In this document: one piece after another, positions 54,238 through 64,000 of the stretch
How positions within the stretch are numbered: the stretch's first letter is position 1
How the letters are laid out: each line of letters opens with the position of its first letter
Source of the DNA: Octopus sinensis
Lineage: Eukaryota
Assembly (NCBI RefSeq): GCF_006345805.1
Contig: NC_042997.1
Location: forward strand, 102,982,001-103,046,000
Length of the DNA: 64,000 bases
Direction: 5' to 3'
The notes under the pieces: generated by a model
Told to the model about the DNA's origin: nothing
Database searches by the model: none
The model's input: only the letters and a program-made list of their open reading frames with translations
Made by a program: the position numbers and the translations under genes

Positions 54238-54318
54238 AAATGTTTTTTATAAAATTATTTTAGCATTTTCTACCTTCGCATTTTTTCCATATATATCAAC
54301 TTGTGTGCCTTTTCAATC

Positions 54319-54370
<52 letters not shown>

Positions 54371-54379
54371 TTGTATGAA

Positions 54380-54990
54380 TGTCATTATTCAGTCTATTTC
54401 AAGATTTCTTGCCAATTGAGAAAGAACCGGTTTCTAACCTAGATCCAAGGTTCCTTCATTGGAATTTCAACATCAAGAACAGGGTATTTTTTGCTTGCAT
54501 GTATGTATGTATGTATGTATGTATGTATGTATGTATGTATGTATGTATGTATGTATGTATGTATGTATGTATGCATGTATGTATGTGCATATTTGTATGT
54601 TTTATGTATGTATTCTCATGCATATAGTTGCATATCTTGACATGCTCATATATATATTTAAATGATAAAATAATGGAAAGTTTTACAGATTTTTACAGAT
54701 CCAGTGTTGGATTGGGTAGTCTTCGAATTAGCTTTCTACTTTCTGGTTTTAAGAAGCCTAATATTTCAAGATTGGTATTGAGGCAGTGTGTTACACATCC
54801 AAGGACCCGAATAATTACAAGTACACTCCTGAATTTATATTCTGGATAGAGTAACTGCAGATTTCTCAATAGTTCAGTATACTTTTTCACTGATCTTCAG
54901 CTTTATGTTAATATCCGCTGGGCAGCTAATTTCCACAAGTGTGCACACTTTTTCTTCTATATCCCAAATCATTATATCAGGTCTCTTGTA
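54380..54990 (-). mobile_element. R4/Dong-like family B 3' fragment (RLE + 3' UTR)
   Basis: KRPDIMIWD..VEISCPAD, KKYTELLRNLQLLYPEYKF; preceded by (CATA)/(CAGA)n. Confidence 0.85.
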
Positions 54991-54996
54991 CTTATA

Positions 54997-55047
<51 letters not shown>

Positions 55048-55450
55048 ATGCATGTATGTATGTATATATGTATGCATGTATGTATGTATGTATGAGCTTG
55101 TATGCATGTATATATATACATGGTCAAGTACATCCATATGTGACCGGCAACTTGATAATATCTAAAATTTAATGAATATCTTCCTGTCTAGATTGAAAAA
55201 CTGATTTTCTTATATTGTAGAACACACATGCACACACATGCACACACAGACAGACACACAAACACGCAGACACACAGCCACGTACCCATATTATAAATAA
55301 TCTAGTAATAAATAGTCTTCTAATATGTTAATACTTATTCATTTAGAGCACAGGGTGCTTGCACTATTAACATTTCTTGGTGACTGTTTTGAGTTTCTTT
55401 TCTTTTCCTGCTTTGAATATTTGTAAAAGACTCGATGTAGAAAATTTTAA

Positions 55451-55492
55451 CTGAAGAATAGCTATGAGCTATCGAAAAATATTATTTTGTTA
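55451..55492 (+). ncRNA. Hammerhead-like motif, probably decayed
   Basis: CUGAAGA-AUAGCU aug AGCUAU-C-GAAAAAU auu AUUUU; stem I register poor. Confidence 0.4.
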
Positions 55493-55965
55493 CGTATGTA
55501 AAATATGAAAGATTTGAAATAAGTTATTTAAGGGTGAATAATGGTATGTAATAAATACATTGAGTTAAACAGGCCCTTAGATTTAGAAACGGACGAAAAT
55601 GACTTGATGGGACTGAATAAACCTTTTACTATTCATAGATTATAGCCATATCCTCTCCGAGAGACTAACCCCTACAATAATTTATTTCGTATCTTCTCGA
55701 AATACCAACCTTTTCACGTTATAAAAGATATGCTTCAAGAAAGATGATGACCCTTTCAACTAATAGAAGGATAATATATCCAAAATACGACTGCGAAAAA
55801 CTTATAATCAATGAGTAAACTAAAATATTTGGGGTAAGCAATGCAACCATTGGGAATGAATTTGGTATTTTATTTATTACACACGAATAAACGACCATAT
55901 TTTATTAACCCAATAACTAAATTCTTCACGTTTAGTTGTAACTTATGAATGACAAAAGTAGTGCC

Positions 55966-56069
55966 GTCACCGTGACCTCGGGTCATCACCATGAATTGAC
56001 TAATCAGAATCAGCGCTGTCACCGTGACCTCGGGTCATCACCATGGATTGACCAATCAGAAGCAGCGCT
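55966..56069. repeat. Two tandem 52-bp repeats
   Basis: GTCACCGTGACCTCGGGTCATCACCATG(A/G)ATTGAC(T/C)AATCAGAA(T/G)CAGCGCT starting at 55966 and 56018. Confidence 0.9.
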
Positions 56070-57434
56070 CGCAGTATCTGACATATGTTAGATACCAAAA
56101 ATATCTCAAAGTGTTCTCAGTCACATGTGTGTAATAACAAACATTAATATTGTATTGAGTAGGCAGATACACGGATATTGACGTTATAATTTGACGTCAT
56201 CTGAAAGACTAAATGATAAACTATAAAGGCTGCATAAGGGATGTATTTCCTTTAACAAAAACCACCTTTATATAAACTACAGAAAGGTGTGTTTATGTAA
56301 GAGTGTTTTTTAGAAGAAATGCAACACCCAGACTAAACAGTTATACAGAAAAGAAATAAACCAAAAGTGAATAATCATGTTAAATTCAAGCATTTTAAAG
56401 TAGGGGGTATATCTCTGAACCAAATTTTATCAAACCGGCTTCCATTTCCGGTTGTTTTCACTTGAGAATTCCTATGTTCTCGTCAGAAAGGCGCGAAAGC
56501 CATGATTTCATATCCTCCTTTTGTACTGATTGCATGCTTGTGGTGCATGCGTGCAGTTGTCTAGAATCCAGTGTGAATATTATTTACGTGCCTGTTTTAA
56601 ACCGCAATTACTAATAAAGGAAAATATCATAGAATCGCAATCTCTCTCACGCTCTCAGAGAGAATATAATTAGAATTGGATAATGGTGAATGTGTGCACG
56701 TGTGTATGAGGGGGTGGATAGTTCCGTATGTAAATGAAGATTTCGCACACCGTTAATTGGGTAGTTTCAAAACTATCCCCTTCGTTTAGTGCACCCCATC
56801 GTACCAATAGCTGCTTGAGGTGGAAAAAAAGAAATGGTATGTTGTTGCTATTAATGTATTAGTCCCAGGTCAGCTCTAACAGAGCAAACCTATGATGGAA
56901 GGGGAAGTAACCGTGACCATCCGAAACCCTTTTGTATCACAGCAAATGCATCGTCGATTGTTGTTGCTATTTGTAAGTCTAAAAATAAAAACGCGCGGAG
57001 GCTTCTTTGCTTACCTGCGAAAATGATATTAACTACAAACAAAATTACTATTAATAGAAAATACTACATAAAATACAGCACCACCAGCTCACCATTCTCA
57101 AAGATCAGTGTGCCTCATTCCAACTTAAACCTGGCTCACTGCCAAAGCAATAAATTACTATTCCTACATAAATTGAGAGAGACAGAAAAAAAACCCATCT
57201 TATGTAATTCAAGATGATTATACATATTAATTAATTTTGAAAATCTTCAGTATATAATCATCATCACTTGTAGTAGAAGCAGCAGCAACAACCAGTAAAG
57301 CATTTCAACGAAACACTTATATGCACAACAATAACGAGTATAACGAACCAATGAGGAGCCTCATTGGCCAGCTAGAAATAGTAGCTAAATTTCCTTTGAA
57401 GTACATATTACATGATGTAATTATGACAGAAATG

Positions 57435-57499
<65 letters not shown>

Positions 57500-57500
<1 letters not shown>

Positions 57501-57660
57501 TTAATTTTGGCAGACGTTCTCTAGAATAATACTCTGTGCAAAACCAGACATATGGCATACTAGTCATAACAACAACTTGAACTTCTAACTTGTCTCTTAA
57601 GGTCTCAGGGTGAGACTTGGAGCCAATTTTTACAAATACAGAGCAAAAGCCAAACATATG
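57500..57660 (+). mobile_element. Dong family C 3' end
   Basis: GTCTCTTAAGGTCTCAGGGTGAGACTTGGAGCCAA shared with 37860-37900; follows (AAT)n. Confidence 0.75.
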
Positions 57661-57722
57661 ACAACAGCAGTAGCAGCAGCAGCAACAACAACAACAACAA
57701 AAATAACAGCAGTAACAACAAC

Positions 57723-57754
<32 letters not shown>

Positions 57755-57784
57755 TTATTATTATAATTATAATAATAATAATAA

Positions 57785-58460
57785 TGACAATGGAAATGGA
57801 TAAATTGATGGAGAAAGAAATGACAGACAAATTTAAGGTGGAGTTCTTGCGCAGTGTGACTGACCCTTAAGTCGAAATCAAACGGACAGAATAAGATCGA
57901 AGCTATCAACACCTAGGCGGTTTCATGACTTAGATATGGAGCAGGGGTAATCGCATGGACAGTAGACAAACTAAACAGCTTAGATAGAAAGACAAGGAAG
58001 TTACTGACTAGATATGGGATACTCCACTCAAAAAGTGACACAGATTGACTGTATGTACTAAGAAAAAGAGGGAACAGAGAACTGACTGGATGCGGACTCA
58101 GCATTAGAGCAGAAGAAAACAACATAGCATGGTATGTAAAAGATGCCACAGAACCACTATTACTGGAAGAAGGTTAGGCTTGTGTAGGATGGAAGACTGC
58201 AAAGATAAAGCACTGTACAAGGAGTTGAGAATGAAGTAAACTGAAAATATGTGGATAAAGGAAAGAATGCATGGACAATTTCATAGGGATGTTGAAGATG
58301 GCTCTGGATGACTAAAAGTGATTTAAAACCGGAAACGGAGGTTCTAATCTAGGCTACCCAAGAGCAAACATTAAGAACGAATTACATCAACTACGGAATA
58401 AACAACACATCAGAAAGTGATAAGTGTAGAATTTGTGGACATAATGTCGAAACCGATGCT
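57785..58460 (+). mobile_element. Dong family D fragment (RT thumb to CCHC)
   Basis: NKIEAINT..RYGAGVIAW..LDRKTRKLLT..HSKSD..MHGQF..LKPETE..QEQTLRTNY..CRICG; follows (AAT)n. Confidence 0.85.
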
Positions 58461-59032
58461 GGCATACTGTCTGCATTTTGTAAGTCGGCCATTTCTTCTA
58501 AGATGTCCTTCAGAACCTACTCCACTTGACATATAGGTGTTATTTCTGTTCACCTGCTCTTGCGCGAGACTCATTTAAAATAAACAGTTTTTTCCCTTCA
58601 TTTCCTACAATTGAGGAGGCACCTCAAATTTTATGATTTTTTTGGCATGGGCCAATTCTTTTGCTTTTTTTAAGGGTCAGCGGAAACATTTCTTTTTTTA
58701 AGTTGGCCACGTCGTCAAACCTTTAAGGACTGGTAGACTTGTTTTTGTCGGTATCCTTTGCGTTAATTATCTTTGTTGTTGTTTTTGTAATTTCTGTTTC
58801 GCAGTTGTCAATAGCCGTCGTTTTCTGAATGCAATAGATAATTAAATAAATAAATACTGCCCTTTACGGGGTAGAAACAACCACTGAGCATCTACCAAGA
58901 AGTTCTTGGTATTCTTATTAGTTTATAACAAAAATTAATAACATACTTGTAACAAAAGGGTGAAAACCTAGAAAGCCTAACTTACGAAGCGTGTTCGAAA
59001 AAATGCTATACGTATTTTATGCATTCCGCAGC

Positions 59033-59110
<78 letters not shown>

Positions 59111-59255
59111 TTGGATCCGAGTAAGTAATACGAATTGAAATTTATTACTATTTTCGAAACGAAATGATGTATTTTGACTCGATATTATCTCCACCTCTAA
59201 CACAACACATGTAAACATACGTGGAACAACACGATCATCCCCGACCTCAAACACC

Positions 59256-59690
59256 ATGTACAAAGGAACTACGAAGAAATTAAATGCCACCGATACTATT
59301 CAACCCAAGAATAACAATCGAGCGGTACGTACATTAAACCTACAACAAAAAATGTACGAAAAACTACACGTGCGAAATAATGTGACAACAGAAATAAACG
59401 GACCGGTACCCTACGAAAATGACGACCGTCAAAATAATGGGCCGGACGTTGTACCTCATGTCCCGCAATTAAAACCCAAAAGACGTAAATGGACACGTGA
59501 GGAATACATTTCTATCTTACACGCATACTTCACAGCAATGCTCTACCCACAAAATGAAGATACAACAACACATACATATAAAATATGGAAGGAAAATAAT
59601 AGAGATATAGACTTGGATACAGCAATGAACCCTAATAAATTAGCTAACGTACGAAGATACATTCTCAAAGCCAAAAAATATCAGAAATAG
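59256..59690 (+). CDS. Dong ORF N-terminal segment (RRKWTREE Myb-like motif)
   Basis: KRRKWTREEYISILHAY..YKIWKE..KLANVRRYILK; continues out of frame. Confidence 0.75.
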   Translation: MYKGTTKKLNATDTIQPKNNNRAVRTLNLQQKMYEKLHVRNNVTTEINGPVPYENDDRQNNGPDVVPHVPQLKPKRRKWTREEYISILHAYFTAMLYPQNEDTTTHTYKIWKENNRDIDLDTAMNPNKLANVRRYILKAKKYQK

Positions 59691-60619
59691 AAATAGAACA
59701 TTTAAAAGAAAAAATACACCAGGAAAATGTAGATAGAAGCCACACAACAATGCCCAATAATATAAACACTGAAACTGTAAAACACGAAGACAAACGCAAC
59801 ATTCCAAACAAACACGATGTAAACAACGAAGGGGAGCCTAATGATTATGATAATATAAAAAATAAAATAATCAAAGAACTAAAAACCACAGAGCTCAAAA
59901 TGGACCACCGACCATACCTCCCAAGAATAAAGATAAACGCAATAACAACACCAATTATAAACAACATAAACCTAGCCGTCACTGAACTAGCCACTGAAAC
60001 AAAAAAAAGTGATATCACTGAACTAAATGACTTGATATACGCAGCAGCCACTGCAGCCACAAAAGAAGCTGGATACTCACCCAAACTCGCCCAAACAGGA
60101 GTACCACCACCAAAACAAACCCTGTGGATAAATAACATCCAAAACAAAATTTAAAAAATTGAAAAGACCTGTCGATTCTTAATGAAATCAGCAAACAAGC
60201 AACGCTACTGAGCAACAAAAATGCTCCGCAAATATAACATCACAGAAAAAGATTTGCCGGAGATAAAAGAAAAGCTGAAGCAAGATATCCTTGCCAAAGC
60301 TCAAAGGATCCCCGCGGTACGAGAAACGCCAACGCTTCTTTGAACAGAACAAAAAGTTCAACTCCGACCCCAAAAAGTTCTACCAAGAACTGGGCAAAAA
60401 TAAAATAGAAGTTACTGCAGCACCAACGGCAGAAGAATTGGAAGAATTCTGGAAAGAAATATGGTCGGCGAACGAACAGCCAAAAAAAAGGAGTATGAAA
60501 ATAACAAACTCGGCATCTGAACAACTTTGGACCCCCATAACAACTGAAGAGGTCACCCAGGCACTGCAAAAACTAAGCAACTGGAAGGCACCTGGGCATG
60601 ACAAGATCCCCAACTTTGG

Positions 60620-61627
60620 TTGAAATATCCAACAGGAATGCACAAAAAGCTGGCTGAAAACTTTAACAGCATACTAGCAGAGCCAGAGACAATGCCTGAA
60701 TGGCTCACGAAGGGGAAAACCATCTTAATTCCCAAATCAAATGAAACAACAAAACCAGAAAACTACAGACCAATAACCTGCCTCCCTACTATGTTCAAGG
60801 CATTTACTGCAGTGATATCGCAAATGCTGAACAAGCACCTGGACGAAAACAAACTGTTCCCAGAAGAGCAGAAAGGATGCCGCAAGGGCTCATATGGCTG
60901 TAAAGATCAACTAATGATTAATAAAGCCGTAACTGAAGACAGCCACAGAAAGAAGAAAGGCCTCAGTATGGCCTGGATTGACTACAAAAAGGCGTTTGAT
61001 AGCATCCCCCACACATGGATCCTCGAAACACTAGCCATTAACAAAGTAGCACCAACAATCATAAAATTCATAGAGCACTCTATGAATAAATGGCAAACAG
61101 TCCTACACCTCCAAACAAAAGAGGGACTCATGAAAACCAAAGACATCCCCATTAGAAGAGGAATATTCCAGGGAGATACGCTCTCTCCACTCCTTTTCTG
61201 CTTGGCACTGTCACCTCTATCTGATATGCTAAATAGAACTGGATGCGGATATAAATGTTACGGCAAAACGATCAGCCACCTTTTATATATGGATGACCTA
61301 AAACTATACACTGCAAATGACAAACAGCTGGAAACACTATTAAAGACGGTTCACGGATTTACCAAAGAAATAGATATGAAATTTGGATTAGAAAAATGCG
61401 CCAAAGTAACCATGAAAAGAGGAAAACTAGTTAAGAGTAACAACATCGCACTAGATAAAACCAATGAAATAAAAGAATTAGACCAAAGCCAAACTTACAA
61501 ATACTTAGGAATCCATGAACTAGATAAGACACAACACACACAAATGAAAGAGAAAATAAAAAAAGAATATTATAGACGAGTTAGATCAATACTAAAAACA
61601 GAGCTCAATGCTAAAAAAACAAGATAA
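60620..61627 (+). CDS. Dong reverse transcriptase core segment
   Basis: NYRPITCLP, EQKGCR, WIDYKKAFDSIPH, RGIFQGDTLSPLLF, HLLYMDDLKLY, FGLEKC, YKYLG. Confidence 0.95.
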   Translation: MKYPTGMHKKLAENFNSILAEPETMPEWLTKGKTILIPKSNETTKPENYRPITCLPTMFKAFTAVISQMLNKHLDENKLFPEEQKGCRKGSYGCKDQLMINKAVTEDSHRKKKGLSMAWIDYKKAFDSIPHTWILETLAINKVAPTIIKFIEHSMNKWQTVLHLQTKEGLMKTKDIPIRRGIFQGDTLSPLLFCLALSPLSDMLNRTGCGYKCYGKTISHLLYMDDLKLYTANDKQLETLLKTVHGFTKEIDMKFGLEKCAKVTMKRGKLVKSNNIALDKTNEIKELDQSQTYKYLGIHELDKTQHTQMKEKIKKEYYRRVRSILKTELNAKKTR

Positions 61628-61746
61628 TAGGTATCAACACTTTAGCTGTCCCAGTTATAAGTTACAGCTACAACATCCTTAACTGGACACGAAATGAACT
61701 GTCCAAAATAGATAGGAAAACAAGAAAAATACTGACAGGATCTAGG

Positions 61747-62851
61747 ATGCATCACCCAAAATCTGACATAGAAAGACTATATATACAACGTATAGAAGGT
61801 GATAGAGGCCTTATACAGCTGGAAAACTACTATAAAATAACCACCATAGGACTGCAAAAATACCTACTTCAGAAGGAAGGAAAACTGATCCAGATAGCAG
61901 CAAAACACGAGCAAAACAAAAAACTGTTCTCAGTATTTAAGGAAGCTGACAAATACAAACAAGAAATCATACCACCTAATAAACACAAAGAAGAAGAAGA
62001 AGATGATGAAGAAACAACAAAAGCTATAAAACAAATGAAATCCAAACTAAAAATAGAACAGCAACGAGCCATGATAAAACGATGGCAAGAAAAGCCCCTT
62101 CATGGTAAATACTGCACTAAACTAAACGCAAAAGAAATAGACAAAGAAAAATCCCAGCAATGGTTGAGAAGCTCAGGACTCAAAGCAGAGACAGAGGGAT
62201 TTTTAATTGCAGCACAAGACCAAAGCCTCCCCACCAGAAATTACCAAAAACATGTAATGAAAAGAAATATTACAAGTAACTGCAGAATATGTGGAGATGG
62301 ACAAGAAACAATAAATCATATTATCTCTAGCTGCCCAGTCCTGGCTAAGAAGGAATATATTCACAGACATGACAGAGTTGGAACCTACATACATTGGAAG
62401 CTATGTCAACATTATGGAATAACAACAGAAAAAAGATGGTATAGGCACACACCAGAAAAGGTCACAGAAAACGAGAAAGCAACCATACTCTGGGATATGC
62501 CGATACGCACAGATAGAGAAATTAAGGCCAACAGACCAGATATAGTTGTCAGAGATCATGATGGAAAAAAAATGCTTTCTAATTGATGTATCAATACCGG
62601 CAGATGACAACGTGTCTCTAAAAGAAATGGAGAAACTTTCAAAATACAAAGACCTGGAAATAGAGGTAACTAGAATGTGGAACCTGAAAACAGAAACAAT
62701 TCCTATCATAGTAGGTGCATTAGGCATGATAAAAAAAAATTCAGACAAATACATAACAAAAACACCAGGACTTACAAACACATATAACATACAGAAAATT
62801 GCACTACTAGGCACTGCACACATCCTACGCAGAACACTCTCCATGCAATAA
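61747..62851 (+). CDS. Dong C-terminal segment: thumb, CCHC knuckle, RLE nuclease (frameshift near 62570)
   Basis: LKAETEGFLIAAQDQ, CRICGDGQETINHIISSC, RHD, RPDIV, DVSIP, EKLSKYKDLE, VGALG. Confidence 0.92.
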
Positions 62852-62995
62852 CCATCAGAGCATCACAACAAATCACAACACATACCCAAGGCACACAGAG
62901 CTGCGCTCGGTAGTGAAGTGAAAGCACGCTATAAAAATAAAACTGCTGAATAATAATAATAATAATAATTATAATAATAATAATAATAATATTAT

Positions 62996-63058
<63 letters not shown>

Positions 63059-63082
63059 CATAATAATAATAATAATAATAAT

Positions 63083-63470
63083 GCAGTACCAGGCAGTGAG
63101 GTGGGAGAGATCACAAGAGAACTGGAAAAGAAAGACCAGGCAGTAGGAAAGACAAACAACAACATAAGAGATACAGATCAAACCAAAGAAGAACCTAAAG
63201 GAAAATAATAATAATAGCACTACCAATGAGGAAGGGACAACTGGTACCAGCAATTTAAGTGATTTAAGTGAGGAAGTTCAGAAGATTTTAGATGAGTTGC
63301 AGAAAGTAATGAGTAAAGAAGTAAGAAAAAGATTGCCAGCACTAAAAGGTATCAACAGAAGGAAGCTGGATATGACTAGGTAAGTAGATTCTGTTATCAG
63401 TAGGATAAATATTAAAAATATAGGAGACACTAATTTATTGATCTATGCAGGATGTGTAGCAAGAAGGAAT
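63083..63470 (+). mobile_element. Dong family D N-terminal fragment
   Basis: RKRLPALKGINRRKL..VDSVI..DTNLLIYAG; follows (AAT)n; continues after the SINE. Confidence 0.7.
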
Positions 63471-63633
63471 AGGCGTAGGAGTGGCTGTGTGGTAAGTAGC
63501 TTGCTTAAGAACCACATGGTTCCGGGTTCAGTCCCACTGCCTGCACCTTGGGCAAGTGTCTTGTACTATAGCTTCGGGCCGACCAAAGTCTTGTGAGTGG
63601 ATTTGGTAGACGGAAACTGAAAGAAGCACGTCG

Positions 63634-63732
<99 letters not shown>

Positions 63733-63951
63733 CGGTGTGTTTGTGTGTCTGTGTGTCTGTGTTTGTCCCCCCAACATCGCTTGACAACCGATGGTGGTGT
63801 GTCTACGTCCCCGTAACTTAGTGGTTCGGCAGAAGAGACCGATAGAATAAGTACTGCGCTTACAAAAGAATAAGTCCTGGGGTCGAAGTGTTCGACTAAA
63901 GGCAGTGCTCCAGCATGGCCACAGTCACATGACTGAAACAAGTAAAAGAGT
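63471..63951 (+). mobile_element. S1 SINE with 7-bp TSD
   Basis: TSD AAGGAAT at 63464-63470 and 63952-63958. Confidence 0.9.
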
Positions 63952-64000
63952 AAGGAATGATTAGAAAAGAGTAAATGTGGAAATGGATATTACAAAATTA

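Larger units (their letters stand above)
53921..54293. repeat. Fold-back inverted repeat (~180-bp arms, 8-nt loop) carrying HHR in both arms
   Basis: Arms 53921-54109 and 54118-54293, diverged with indels. Confidence 0.9.
59111..62949 (+). mobile_element. Near full-length R4/Dong-clade non-LTR retrotransposon (family A) in (AAT)n
   Basis: Single RT-CCHC-RLE reading frame split by frameshifts; (AAT)n at 59034-59110 and 62950-63082. Confidence 0.95.

Noticed and set aside
54412-54462. Hammerhead reading of GAAACCGGTT in the family B 3' UTR
   Set aside because: All three copies have CCAANGA rather than CUGANGA, and covariation supports a simple long hairpin instead.
56445-56486. Minus-strand CUGACGA motif
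   Set aside because: GAAA is not adjacent to stem II and there is no NUH/stem I; likely chance.

Overview
Repeat-saturated, AT-rich eukaryotic DNA with no supportable host gene. The mix of microsatellites and tRNA-derived SINEs looks like an octopus/cephalopod genome (inference). Main contents: (1) a near-complete R4/Dong-clade RT-RLE retrotransposon (59111-62949) embedded in (AAT)n, plus fragments of about three related families, one of which repeatedly abuts (CATA)n instead; (2) two decayed Helitrons, one broken by a 289-bp-arm palindrome and an array of ~70-bp units spaced by (TA)n; (3) four SINE families, some in tandem or concatemeric arrays; (4) Penelope-like element (PLE) coding remnants and many non-coding PLE-type derivatives. 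The most striking signal is a dense set of minimal type I hammerhead ribozyme (HHR) motifs from several unrelated repeat families. Several have palindromic stem III, two families carry a compensatory U3-A8 core, and they sit in fold-back inversions or terminally redundant units resembling retrozymes. All alignments and folds were done by eye; coordinates of decayed elements are approximate, and no ribozyme activity or transcription is demonstrated.
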